64,000 nt of DNA from Candidatus Microgenomatus sp. (GTDB lineage Bacteria; Patescibacteriota; Minisyncoccia; UBA6257; GWB1-50-10), in contig DYGI01000001.1 in assembly GCA_020724805.1 (NCBI GenBank), positions 175,157-239,156 on the forward strand, given 5' to 3'. The stretch's first letter is position 1; every line of letters starts with the position of its first letter. Below, piece by piece: positions 35,925 through 45,531 of this stretch. The translations under genes and the position numbers were made by a program. The notes under the pieces are model-generated. The model ran no database searches. It was not told the DNA's origin and was given only the letters and a program-made list of their open reading frames with translations.

Positions 35925-36893
35925 ATGAACAACTCTGTCAGCGCCATTGTCACGGTTTATAACAAACAAAATACCATTGCCAAAACACTGGAGTCTTTAT
36001 TGTCCCAACCTTCGAAGTTTAAAGAAATAATTGTTGTGGACGATGGGGGTACTGATGGCTCCGCCGAAATCGTAAAGAAATTCGCGGAGAAGCATAAAAA
36101 TATAAGATATGCTTTTCAGAAAAATCAAGGCGTGGCTTTATCGTTGAATGCGGGGTTAAGAATGGTAAATACCGATCTTGTCGCGGTGCTTGATGGAGAC
36201 GTAGCGCTTCCTGAAAATTGGCTCCCGACATTAATGTCGTATTTTGGGAACAAAGAAATTGCGGCGGTTTCCGGTTTAACAAAAACAATGAACCCAAAAA
36301 ATCTTTGGGCCGCGTTGGCTGGTTATAACGTGGAATATAGGCAGTCAAAGATAGAAGGTGAATTTGTTGACCACCTGAGTACCACCAACGTTATCTACCG
36401 GAAAGCGGTTTTGGACAAGATCGGCTTGTTTGACCCGGAGTTCAGGTATGGCCAGGATAATGAAATTAGTTATAGGATCCTGGCGGCCGGCTATAAATTG
36501 GTTCTTTCAAAGAAGACTTTCTGCCTCCATTTTTGGCCAGAAAGCTTTATGGGTTTTATGAAGCAGCGAATGCATGGCGCACTGGGTAGGGTAATGCTGA
36601 TTAAAAAGCATCCAAAAAGATTGACGGGGGATAAGGTTTCCAGTTTGCGTTATTTCTTGGAATTGCCGCTTGGATCGGCTTTTCTTTTGTCCCTCATTGC
36701 GCCCTTATTCTATCCCGGCTTTTTGATTGTGGCGGGGTTCATTATGGTTCTGATCTACCTTTTCCAATTGAGCGAGATTCACTTTTTTATCAAAAACAAA
36801 AAAGCGCTCATCGGGTTTTTTATGCCCGTTTTTGTTGCCTTACGGACGGTAGCGTGGCTCGGCGGAATTATTAAATTTTACTTGAAAGGCTAG
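35925..36893 (+). CDS. glycosyltransferase family 2 with C-terminal TM helices
   Basis: 322 aa. VSAIVTVYNKQNTIAKTLESLLSQ...IIVVDDGGTDGS...AVLDGD. Confidence 0.8.
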   Translation: MNNSVSAIVTVYNKQNTIAKTLESLLSQPSKFKEIIVVDDGGTDGSAEIVKKFAEKHKNIRYAFQKNQGVALSLNAGLRMVNTDLVAVLDGDVALPENWLPTLMSYFGNKEIAAVSGLTKTMNPKNLWAALAGYNVEYRQSKIEGEFVDHLSTTNVIYRKAVLDKIGLFDPEFRYGQDNEISYRILAAGYKLVLSKKTFCLHFWPESFMGFMKQRMHGALGRVMLIKKHPKRLTGDKVSSLRYFLELPLGSAFLLSLIAPLFYPGFLIVAGFIMVLIYLFQLSEIHFFIKNKKALIGFFMPVFVALRTVAWLGGIIKFYLKG

Positions 36894-38527
36894 GAATTGA
36901 TTTCCCCTTCGAAATACTTTAAGAATTCTTTTTTAGCCCTGTCATACCTGTCACCCCATCCCTTTGCGCTCTGCAGTTTTTCTTCAAGGTCAAGCATGAT
37001 TTTTGTGGAGGTGATGACGGAATCGATCGAGTCGCCCGGTTCATTGTTAGCAATTTTACGCGCGATAGTTTTGTACATATCCTTGTAGCTTGTCGGCTTT
37101 AAAACGCTCGTTTTTCTTATGATCCGGTTGGCGTCTTCGGAGATGTAGCGGGTGGCATCCAAAATCCTTACAATCTTTCCCGTCACTTTCAGCTCAACAA
37201 CATCTTTGGGGCCAACGCGCGGACTGCCTTTTTCGCTAAAGGTTGAGGTTAACGTGGCGCCGTTCTCCAGTTCTATCCACGTGACAATGGTATTATCGCT
37301 TAAGAGTTTAAGGTCAAAATTCTTCGGTTTGCTGAAGTTATTGAGATACAAAAAGTGGTCGATCTGATGGCACGCATTCGCATAAAAGGTGCTACGGGAA
37401 ACTGGCCAGTTGTACCAGAAGAATTCCGGTTGTTTTAACTCATAAACAATGGAGTTGTAGAAAATTGGTTCGCCGTATCGTACCCCTAGATCTTTCAATG
37501 CCCATTTGTTAAAGGGGCCGTAACGTTTTTGAAAACCGATAAAGAGGCGAGGACCTGATTTTTTGAGTGCCGCTTCTAATTCATTTAGTTCCTCGTAATC
37601 ATTTACTACCGGCTTCTCCACCAAGGCGTACGCGCCTTGATTAAGGGCATGAATAGCGAGGAGCGCGTGGAAATGATTATAGGTTGCTATGAAGTAAGCA
37701 TCTGCTTTCTCATCTTTTCGCGGGATAGGATAAGAATCCCATTTTTGAATTCTTTGCTCCAAAAATATTTCCGTAGGGTCAATCTCATGGACCGTTTGTA
37801 TATCCACGAAGGGGCGCGTGTACGGAATTATGTTGATTTTGGCGTAATTGCCGTAGCCGAACAAAATCCCGGTTTTTTTGCCGCCCTCTGCTTTAGGAAG
37901 GGAGCCCTTTATCTCCGAGATAGGCTTGGAGTTTGTGGCATCAATTATCTCCGCCGTAGCCCAGTCAGTATTTTTGAGTTCTTTAGCTACACCATCCTCA
38001 ATTTTTTCTTCGGTCTCGGGGGAAATCGCCACGCCGGAATAAACACTCCAGGCGCGAAGTTCTTTCCACCAACCGTTCTCCGTCTTTTGGCCCGATAGCG
38101 GCACGTGTAGAATTTTGTCAGCACGGATCTGGGGTAGATCAGAGTGATCAACTTTAAAAATAAGTTTTTCGGGCAAGACGATTCTTTCTGCGAGTGCCGG
38201 GTGCCAAGGTGCCAAAAAGCCGACCAGATCTCCGACGGGAAAGCCGTTGTCTTCGGCAGTCTCAATAATCTCTCCAAAACCGCAAGAAATATACTTTTCG
38301 TTCCGATAATCCTCGCGGAGTCGTGACCAGGTCTTGTAGAACGTTCCTTCAAATCCCATTACGGGAAAGTAGTTCCAGAGCAAACGCAAACTTTTTGGCC
38401 GTATATGATATACGTTCTCCAGCTTTTCTAGATTCTTGAAACCTAAAACTTTTATCCGGTACTCCTTTCGGTTTTTGGGGTAATCCACAAAACCATCCCG
38501 CCACTTTTTATTGGTTAAAATTCTCAT
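36890..38527 (-). CDS. Gfo/Idh/MocA-family oxidoreductase with about 200-aa N-terminal extension of unknown function
   Basis: 545 aa. Central GILFGYGNYAKINIIPY...ADAYFIATYNHFHALLAIHALNQGAYALVEKP matches the NAD-binding Rossmann part of Gfo/Idh/MocA. Confidence 0.55.
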   Translation of the reverse strand: MRILTNKKWRDGFVDYPKNRKEYRIKVLGFKNLEKLENVYHIRPKSLRLLWNYFPVMGFEGTFYKTWSRLREDYRNEKYISCGFGEIIETAEDNGFPVGDLVGFLAPWHPALAERIVLPEKLIFKVDHSDLPQIRADKILHVPLSGQKTENGWWKELRAWSVYSGVAISPETEEKIEDGVAKELKNTDWATAEIIDATNSKPISEIKGSLPKAEGGKKTGILFGYGNYAKINIIPYTRPFVDIQTVHEIDPTEIFLEQRIQKWDSYPIPRKDEKADAYFIATYNHFHALLAIHALNQGAYALVEKPVVNDYEELNELEAALKKSGPRLFIGFQKRYGPFNKWALKDLGVRYGEPIFYNSIVYELKQPEFFWYNWPVSRSTFYANACHQIDHFLYLNNFSKPKNFDLKLLSDNTIVTWIELENGATLTSTFSEKGSPRVGPKDVVELKVTGKIVRILDATRYISEDANRIIRKTSVLKPTSYKDMYKTIARKIANNEPGDSIDSVITSTKIMLDLEEKLQSAKGWGDRYDRAKKEFLKYFEGEINS

Positions 38528-38596
38528 AAATTTCGTTTCAATATATCAAACTCGTCGCAATTTAGCAAAATCGAAGTGTTGATTATATCCCTTGGT

Positions 38597-40516
38597 CTAC
38601 GCGAACCATCGGTCGTACCACAAAGAAAGCGTGACAAGGTTCCAGAGACGGAATGCGGAAGAAGCGTCGCCTGCGTGGTGTGATTGTGCCATTGTTTCTA
38701 CGTAGCCATAGTCGAGCATTTTCTGGTTTCGAAGTTTTGATGAAAGGATTATCGAAAGAAGCGCTTTCGAGGTTTTTGTGCCTGGCGTGAACCAATGTGC
38801 CATTGGGGTCCAAAACCCCTGCTTTTTGCGCCAAATAATTTCGCTCGGGATAATTCCCTCAACAGCTTTTTTGAGAATGTATTTAGATTCACCCCCCCTG
38901 ATTTTAAGTGAAGTGGGGATATCGAATGCAAGCTCCACGAGGCGTGTATCCAAAAACGGTACGCGGCCTTCCACTGAATGCGCCATGGTCATGCGGTCGG
39001 CGCGGGCGAGAAGCAGTTCAGGAAGGCGATGTTTCAGTTCGGTGTAGGTGAGGCGCGCGAGGAATTCTTGGCGGGAAGGTGCTTTTTCCATTTCGCGATA
39101 CCACCCGTCGATCACTTCGTAGCTCGAACGGTTATTAAGAAGTTTGGCGAAGTCAGGCGTTATTAGTTTTTGTTTTTGGAAATCGCTCCAGGCGATTGCA
39201 AGTCCCCAGAACGGTTCTTGATGTTCCGCGAGCCGCCGGAGATACTCCCTTTGGAAATCGAAGCGGGGATGATGGAGTAGGACGCTCGCGGAAAATACTC
39301 CCTTACGTACCAGTGCAGGCAGCTTTTCGAGCCATCGCCACCACCGTTCGTAGAGCCGGACCGCCTGAACATACTGGCCATACCCAGTAAAGAGTTCGTC
39401 TGCACCTTCGCCTATCTGCACCACAATAACTCCATTCTCCCTCGCGAGCTTTGAGAGCCAGTAGAGCGGAATTGAGACGTGATCCCCGTTCGGATCGTCG
39501 AAGTGGTAAGCATGGTGAGGAAGGTATTCTTCCAGGTGCTTTTCGTCGATAAGAATTTCGTGCGTGCGCGCGCCGAGCCGTTTCGCCACTTCTCGGGAGT
39601 AACGGAACTCACTTAAATTTTGGAATCCTTTAGAAGCGACGGAGAACGTTTCCACGGGCCGCCCCAACACTTCGCTCATGATTGAAGCGTTCGTGGAAGA
39701 ATCAATCCCGCCCGAGAGAAAGCATCCGAAAGGGACGTCGGAAACCATCTGGCGGCGGATGGAGTCGCGGAGAAGCGAACGAACTTCGTCTATGTATTCA
39801 CCTTCTGTTTTGGGAGTTTGTCCTGAGTTTGTTGAAGGATTCCAATACTCGGTTTCATTGATAGTTCCTTCGGGAGAAACGATAAGCATATGTCCCGCAG
39901 TGAGCTTTTTAATGTCGCGAAAAAGAGTGTGCGGTGCCGGAGAAGCCGAGAAGGTGAGAAAATGCGATACTCCTTCTTCATTCAATTCACGTTTTATATC
40001 TGGGTGCGCGAGAATGGCTTTGATCTCGGAACCAAAATAAAGACTGCCGCCCTCCACGCAATAGTAGAACGGTTTGATGCCCATATGATCCCGTGCGGCA
40101 AGAAGTGTTTTTCTTTTTTCATCCCAAATAACGAATGCAAACATGCCGTTCAGGCGCTTCACGAATGCAGGGCCCCACGCGAGATAAGCATTCAATATCA
40201 CCTCTGTGTCGCCTTTCGAGCGGAAAGAGTAACCAAGAGTCTCGAGTTCTTTTTTTAACTCCTGAAAGTTATAGACCTCCCCGTTGTAGGTTATCCATGC
40301 ACGTTCCTTCGCATCGGTCATCGGCATGTGTCCGGCGGGTGAAAGGTCTATGATTTTCAACCGACGTGTACCGAGGCCCACCTTCCGGTCGGGCGAAAGA
40401 TATACTCCGGCGTCATCGGGGCCGCGGTGTACGAGTGTGTCACGCATGGCGATGAGTGTGCGCTCATCCACGCTTTTTGAATTTTTAAAGTGATATATCC
40501 CTGTAATGCCGCACAT
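38597..40516 (-). CDS. asnB: asparagine synthetase (glutamine-hydrolysing)
   Basis: 639 aa. N-terminal MCGITGIY nucleophile Cys2, GATase-II domain, PP-loop SGGIDSS in the synthetase domain. Confidence 0.9.
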   Translation of the reverse strand: MCGITGIYHFKNSKSVDERTLIAMRDTLVHRGPDDAGVYLSPDRKVGLGTRRLKIIDLSPAGHMPMTDAKERAWITYNGEVYNFQELKKELETLGYSFRSKGDTEVILNAYLAWGPAFVKRLNGMFAFVIWDEKRKTLLAARDHMGIKPFYYCVEGGSLYFGSEIKAILAHPDIKRELNEEGVSHFLTFSASPAPHTLFRDIKKLTAGHMLIVSPEGTINETEYWNPSTNSGQTPKTEGEYIDEVRSLLRDSIRRQMVSDVPFGCFLSGGIDSSTNASIMSEVLGRPVETFSVASKGFQNLSEFRYSREVAKRLGARTHEILIDEKHLEEYLPHHAYHFDDPNGDHVSIPLYWLSKLARENGVIVVQIGEGADELFTGYGQYVQAVRLYERWWRWLEKLPALVRKGVFSASVLLHHPRFDFQREYLRRLAEHQEPFWGLAIAWSDFQKQKLITPDFAKLLNNRSSYEVIDGWYREMEKAPSRQEFLARLTYTELKHRLPELLLARADRMTMAHSVEGRVPFLDTRLVELAFDIPTSLKIRGGESKYILKKAVEGIIPSEIIWRKKQGFWTPMAHWFTPGTKTSKALLSIILSSKLRNQKMLDYGYVETMAQSHHAGDASSAFRLWNLVTLSLWYDRWFA

Positions 40517-40519
40517 AAG

Positions 40520-41995
40520 TTATTCCACCGAAAGACCACGCCTTTTTATGACCGAAAGTAGCTCAGAAAGAAGCGCGTCACGGAGAAGATGAAGAGAGGC
40601 AAGGTAAACCGCAGCGCCTATCGCGATGGAGAAAACAACGTGAAGCCCCACAAGGTCGGATAGGAACACCGCTCCGGCCATTATGGCAGCGGAGGATACA
40701 ATGCGCGTAAGGTAAGGCAGTATCTTGAAGTCGAGGATGCGCCGCGAGCGCCACCACATGAAACCGTTATAGAGCGTTTGCGAGCTTATAGTGGCAACAG
40801 CAGCTCCCATAATGCCGAAGGGTGGGATGAGAATGAAATTCAATCCCACGTTCAGTACAGATACGCCGAATATAGCTGGCGCCAATTTCCCATGCTGGTC
40901 GTGTGCAAATATAAAATTTCCAAAGAATGCCCCAGGAAAGACCACGAGGACGGTAAGTATGAGAATTTGGAATATGAACGCCGAAGGGGCATAGTCAGCA
41001 CCGTAAAGAAAGGAAATAATGGGGGAGGCGAGAAGTACGCCGCCAACCGCGAGAGGAACCGCGATGAGAAAGACGATCCCGAGTGCGCGCTCCAGAAGGG
41101 CTCTCTCTTTGTCGCGGAGGCCTTGCCCGATGAAGCGAGCCAATGCGGGGAAAATGGCTCCTGAAACGATGCCCGAGATGGTGTAAAGCACCTGAACTAT
41201 CTTTTGTGCGGCCGAATAGAAGCCCACGTCGGAAGCGCTACGCCACCATCCGAGCATTACAAGGTCAACATTAAGCATAAATGCCCCTACGAGCGTGATG
41301 AGCGCCATAGGGATGGCGGCTTTTGCAATAGGACGTACCAGTTCATGTGCGAATGATCGAAGAATAGTCGAGAACTCTCGGCGCAGGATGAAGATCGAGA
41401 CAAATGCTCCTGCCGCTGCGCTCAACACATAGGAAGCGGTGAGCGCGCCCGCGGTAGCGGAATAGGCGAGCGCGGCAAATCCCGCCCCCGTGATGACCAC
41501 GTTGGTAGTGGTGGTGACCAACGCTTCGAGCTCCATTTTCTCTTTTGCGCGGAAAAACGCATTTCCGAATTCACGAAGGCCGTCGGCTATCGCAAGAATA
41601 GCTACAAAAGGAATGAGAGGAAGAGCCGCTTCTATCTTTGAGAAATGAGGGGCGACGAAAATGATTGCGAGCGCGGTAAGCGCGAGGAGCGCAAATTTCA
41701 TCCAAAATACAGTCGCAAAATATCGTCCGCTTTCTTCCGGTTTCTTAGCGACCTCACGTGTGAGAATGGATGTTACCCCGACATCAGCGAAGACAGTGAA
41801 AAACCCGGCAAGACCAAGCACATATGAAAATACTCCATACTCAGCCGCGCCAAGGATGCGCGCGGCGTAGATAATAATGATTGCCCGGATAAGGCGACTT
41901 CCTACCTGGCCGACGGAGAGCCACACTATATTTTTTACTACCGTCTGGCGCGTGCCCGCGTTCGTGAATAAAAGCTCTTTAAGTTTTTGCACCAT
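40520..41995 (-). CDS. oligosaccharide/polysaccharide flippase (MOP/Wzx family)
   Basis: 491 aa, about 12-14 TM helices, Wzx-like topology. Confidence 0.75.
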   Translation of the reverse strand: MVQKLKELLFTNAGTRQTVVKNIVWLSVGQVGSRLIRAIIIIYAARILGAAEYGVFSYVLGLAGFFTVFADVGVTSILTREVAKKPEESGRYFATVFWMKFALLALTALAIIFVAPHFSKIEAALPLIPFVAILAIADGLREFGNAFFRAKEKMELEALVTTTTNVVITGAGFAALAYSATAGALTASYVLSAAAGAFVSIFILRREFSTILRSFAHELVRPIAKAAIPMALITLVGAFMLNVDLVMLGWWRSASDVGFYSAAQKIVQVLYTISGIVSGAIFPALARFIGQGLRDKERALLERALGIVFLIAVPLAVGGVLLASPIISFLYGADYAPSAFIFQILILTVLVVFPGAFFGNFIFAHDQHGKLAPAIFGVSVLNVGLNFILIPPFGIMGAAVATISSQTLYNGFMWWRSRRILDFKILPYLTRIVSSAAIMAGAVFLSDLVGLHVVFSIAIGAAVYLASLHLLRDALLSELLSVIKRRGLSVE

Positions 41996-41998
41996 GCT

Positions 41999-43312
41999 CT
42001 ACGAGTGGTTAGTAAAAATATATTTCACAGTTTTCAGGATTATAAGGAGGTCGAGGAATACCGAGCGGTTCTTCACGTAGTAGAGGTCATATTTCAATTT
42101 CTCATACGCCTCATCCAAAGATTTGGAAGGGCGATAGTTGATCTGGGCCCAACCGGTAAGGCCCGGTTTCACCACGTGGCGCATGGCGTAGTGGGGAAAC
42201 TTCTCGTACTCACGCACAAGCCCCACATTCTCAGGGCGCGGACCGGTGAACGAAATATCGCCGCGGATGATGTTCCACAGTTGAGGAACCTCATCTAAAT
42301 GGGTTGCACGCAAAAAGCGGCCCACCGGAGTGATGCGCATGTCGTTCTCCTCGGTCCACAATGGTCCTCCCGCGCCATTCTTCATCGTGCGGAACTTGTT
42401 CAGAATGAACGGATGCCCCGCCTTTCCCGCGCGTTCCGCACGGTAGAGCGCGCCGCCGCGCGAGGTAAGCGCAACCGCAAGCGCGGTGAGGAGCGAGAGA
42501 GGAATGAGTATTACAAAGAGGGCGATGCCAAGCGCAACATCCAAAATCCTTTTTATGCGGTCGTAGAACGGGCGCCGCGGCGAAATGTTCTCAATAAACC
42601 ACTCCTCCGAAAGGTCTTCCAAGGGAACTTTTTCGAATACCGCTTCGTAGAATTCCGAAAGCGGAACGACGTTCACTTCGTAGGGGATGATGCGGTAAAG
42701 TTTGCGCGCGGTTTCTTCGTCCCGCGCGAGAGAAGGGTCAACCACCAAAAGTGCGAGCCCTTTGGTTTCCGCGAGTGTTTTGAGCGTATTCTCGCTTCCT
42801 GTGTCGAGCGTTTCGAAATGGTGTGCGATGCGATACCCGAGGTGAGGGGAACGTTTCACCTCTTCCGCAATTTCCGTGATGCGCGGCGAAGTCCCGACGA
42901 ATACTACCGGTACTGCGGACGCTCGGAACCGCGCGCGGAGCAGTGCGCGCCATCCGTAGGCGAGAAGCAGTATGAGACCAGCGAAGAGTGCAAGGTTCGT
43001 TTTCGGCGTAAGAAGAAAATAGTCGGGGAAAAGATAGAATGCGCCCATGGATACCACGCCCGCAATGACCACCGCGAGCGTGACAGCGCGAAAGAGCACG
43101 AGTGAGGTAAGGAACGTGCGGAGGTGGTAGAGATCGAGGAGGTAGAACGTGAGGAGAAATACGAGGAAAACGGGCAAGAACGGACCGCGGTGTGTGGCGT
43201 ACGAGGCGCCTAATTTGCCCGCCCCGTAACGGACAAGAAGCGCTCCCGCGAGCGCTCCATAGAGGATGAGAATATCCCCCACGAAAAGAAGTCCCTTCTT
43301 CCAGCCTGACAT
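41999..43312 (-). CDS. polyprenyl-phosphate sugar phosphotransferase (WbaP/CpsE-like priming sugar transferase)
   Basis: 437 aa. N-terminal TM helices; C-terminal 'bacterial sugar transferase' domain with KRILDVALGIALFVILIP...DEVPQLWNIIRGDISFTGPRP. Confidence 0.85.
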   Translation of the reverse strand: MSGWKKGLLFVGDILILYGALAGALLVRYGAGKLGASYATHRGPFLPVFLVFLLTFYLLDLYHLRTFLTSLVLFRAVTLAVVIAGVVSMGAFYLFPDYFLLTPKTNLALFAGLILLLAYGWRALLRARFRASAVPVVFVGTSPRITEIAEEVKRSPHLGYRIAHHFETLDTGSENTLKTLAETKGLALLVVDPSLARDEETARKLYRIIPYEVNVVPLSEFYEAVFEKVPLEDLSEEWFIENISPRRPFYDRIKRILDVALGIALFVILIPLSLLTALAVALTSRGGALYRAERAGKAGHPFILNKFRTMKNGAGGPLWTEENDMRITPVGRFLRATHLDEVPQLWNIIRGDISFTGPRPENVGLVREYEKFPHYAMRHVVKPGLTGWAQINYRPSKSLDEAYEKLKYDLYYVKNRSVFLDLLIILKTVKYIFTNHS

Positions 43313-43318
43313 TAATTA

Positions 43319-43352
43319 CTAGAGTATAGGGTTTGGTGATTAGGGTCTAGTG
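43319..43352. repeat. TAGGG-family repeat copy in the divergent promoter region between the sugar transferase and dsbA-like genes
   Basis: tagagtatagggtttggtgattagggtctagtg. Confidence 0.45.
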
Positions 43353-43375
43353 AAGAAAATGCAGGGGTTGACTTT

Positions 43376-44230
43376 GTGTCGGCAGAACCTACGATAGTCC
43401 ATATGGATAATCAAATCACGGCCGAAAGCGGAACAAAGAAGCGCGACGTATTGCTCCCCGCGAGCATCGTTATCGCGGGCGTGTTGGTCGCAGGGTCGGT
43501 AATTTGGGCGGTAGGGAAAAATGCGGAAGGACCTTCGCTCGGCGCAGGAATAAACGCACCTGCAGGTCCGGACGTTGCTTCGATGAGTGCGGTGAACGAG
43601 AGCGACCACGTCCGTGGAAGCCGCGATGCGAACGTAGTGATGGTGGAATATTCGGACTTCGAATGTCCTTTCTGTAAAAGGTTTCACGATACGATGAAAG
43701 GCGTGCTTACTTACTATGGTAATGACGTCGCGTGGGTCTATCGGCAGTACCCCATCGAAGGACTTCATACAAAGGCGGTACGGGAATCCGAAGCGTCTGA
43801 ATGCGTCGCCTCACTTGGAGGGAACGATGCATTTTGGAAGTTTGCGGACCGCATTTTTGAAGTGACGCCGTCGAACGACGGACTCGATCTTTCTCTTCTG
43901 CCGGATATCGCGGAGTACGCAGGAGTGGCGCGCAGTGCATTCACCACGTGCCTTGAAGGAGGTACGCACGCAGGGACGGTTGCGGCATCGGTTGCGGAAG
44001 TGGAGCGCTTGGGAATAAGCGGTACTCCCTATATCGTATTCATTTCGAAAAAATCAGTGGACGCCGAGAATTTCAAATTCCTTGCCGAATTGAATCAACA
44101 GTTCGCCCTGCAATACCCGGGACGCCCCGTGCCGTTCGTGGTGGACGAAGAAAGTGGTCGCGTAGGTATGAGCGGCGCTTTTCCCCGGGATCTTATCGGG
44201 CAGATCATCGATGCGTTGCTGAAAGAGTAA
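43376..44230 (+). CDS. DsbA-family thiol:disulfide oxidoreductase, membrane-anchored
   Basis: 284 aa, GTG start. N-terminal TM (LLPASIVIAGVLVAGSVIWAV); thioredoxin-fold active site FECPFCKRF (CxxC). Confidence 0.7.
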   Translation: MSAEPTIVHMDNQITAESGTKKRDVLLPASIVIAGVLVAGSVIWAVGKNAEGPSLGAGINAPAGPDVASMSAVNESDHVRGSRDANVVMVEYSDFECPFCKRFHDTMKGVLTYYGNDVAWVYRQYPIEGLHTKAVRESEASECVASLGGNDAFWKFADRIFEVTPSNDGLDLSLLPDIAEYAGVARSAFTTCLEGGTHAGTVAASVAEVERLGISGTPYIVFISKKSVDAENFKFLAELNQQFALQYPGRPVPFVVDEESGRVGMSGAFPRDLIGQIIDALLKE

Positions 44231-44234
44231 GCGC

Positions 44235-44399
44235 ATGAAAGATATATTGTGGGCATTTGTGGTGGGAGGCGGATGGATCGCGATATCCCCGTGGCTCCTG
44301 GGGTTTCCCTCGGAAAGTTTTGGCATGTGGAGCAACGTATTGGTGGGCGGGCTCATCGTTATTGGCGCGCTCTCTTTGATTGCCCGGAAGGAACCATAA
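44235..44399 (+). CDS. small 54-aa two-helix membrane protein (not in ORF track)
   Basis: ATG 5 nt after the dsbA-like stop. MKDILWAFVVGGGWIAISPWLLGFPSESFGMWSNVLVGGLIVIGALSLIARKEP. Confidence 0.4.
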   Translation: MKDILWAFVVGGGWIAISPWLLGFPSESFGMWSNVLVGGLIVIGALSLIARKEP

Positions 44400-44428
44400 A
44401 GGTCGGAAGCCGTTTGTTGCCAGTTTTT

Positions 44429-44551
44429 ATGTACACGTGTCCTGAGTGCGGCTATGCCTCCGAAGAGAATGGGAAGTGCCCCGCCTGCGATGTGACGATG
44501 GTGCGCAGCGACGAGGGTGAAGTGGAAGAAGAGGATAAGGAGGAGGACTAG
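44429..44551 (+). CDS. small zinc-ribbon protein (40 aa) with acidic tail
   Basis: MYTCPECGYASEENGKCPACDVTMVRSDEGEVEEEDKEED (CPxCG...CPAC). The track ORF 44249..44551 is likely an artefactual read-through fusion of this and the preceding small ORF. Confidence 0.4.
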   Translation: MYTCPECGYASEENGKCPACDVTMVRSDEGEVEEEDKEED

Positions 44552-44565
44552 CGAGAATTTTTCAT

Positions 44566-45495
44566 ATGTACGACCTCATCATCATTGGCGGCGGCCCCGC
44601 CGGTGTTGCTGGCGCGATTTACTCCGCCAGAAAAAAGCTAAAGACCATAATCATCGCGGAAACCTTCGGCGGTCAGTCGCTCGTTTCCGCGTCCGTGGAG
44701 AACTGGATAGGGACTACGAAGATTTCCGGGCTTGAACTCGCCGAGATGTTCAAGGCGCATCTCAGGGCGCAGGAAGAATTGGAAGTGAAGGAAGGCGAGA
44801 GAGCGGCTGCGATCGTCGAGAAAGGCGACGGTTTTCTTGTGACCACACAGAAAGGAAGCGAGTACGAGACGAAAACAGTGCTTATGGCGACCGGAAGTGT
44901 GCGGCGCAAACTTGGAGTGCCCGGCGAGCGAGAGCTTGAAGGAAGGGGCGTGGCATATTGTTCCATTTGCGACGCACCGCTTTTTGAAGGGAAAGAAGTG
45001 GTGGTGGTGGGTGGCGGGAACTCGGGTCTTGAAGCGGTGGAGGACCTTCTGCCGTATGCGCGGCACATCACACTTATCCATAGGGGAGATTCGCTAAAAG
45101 GTGACCCGCAGACTCAAGAGCGGGTGCTTGCGGACAAGGGAAAAGTGACGATGGTGTTGAACGCGGAAACGCTCGCGATCGAGGGCGACACGTGGGTGCG
45201 CGGTATCCGGTATCGCGAGAAGGAGTTCGGCGAAGAGCGGACACTTGCGGCGGAAGGGGTATTTGTGGAGATTGGGCTCGACCCCGCGAGCGCGCTCGTG
45301 AAAGAACTTGTGGAAACGAATGCGCAGGGAGAGATAGTGGTGGACCCACGAACGCAGGCAACTTCTCGGAAGGGGATGTGGGCTGCGGGCGACGTGACGG
45401 ATGGGAAATATCGTCAAAACAATATTTCCGCGGGCGATGCGATAAAAGCGGTGCTCCACATTTACGAAAGCTTGCGCGTATCGGGTGTGGTATAA
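44566..45495 (+). CDS. thioredoxin-disulfide reductase-family flavoprotein (TrxB-like)
   Basis: 309 aa. FAD site DLIIIGGGPAGVAGAIYSAR, redox CSIC (canonical CAxC position), NADPH site VVVVGGGNSGLE, C-terminal GMWAAGDV. Confidence 0.8.
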   Translation: MYDLIIIGGGPAGVAGAIYSARKKLKTIIIAETFGGQSLVSASVENWIGTTKISGLELAEMFKAHLRAQEELEVKEGERAAAIVEKGDGFLVTTQKGSEYETKTVLMATGSVRRKLGVPGERELEGRGVAYCSICDAPLFEGKEVVVVGGGNSGLEAVEDLLPYARHITLIHRGDSLKGDPQTQERVLADKGKVTMVLNAETLAIEGDTWVRGIRYREKEFGEERTLAAEGVFVEIGLDPASALVKELVETNAQGEIVVDPRTQATSRKGMWAAGDVTDGKYRQNNISAGDAIKAVLHIYESLRVSGVV

Positions 45496-45531
45496 TCTCA
45501 ACAACAAACGGTCGAAAAATAAACGCAATCC

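Noticed and set aside
44249-44551. 100-aa ORF from the track (MGICGGRRMDRD...)
   Set aside because: N-terminal two-thirds is Arg/Gly-rich with no start-site support. It reads through a region better explained by an ATG-initiated 54-aa membrane peptide in another frame plus a 40-aa zinc ribbon starting at the internal Met.
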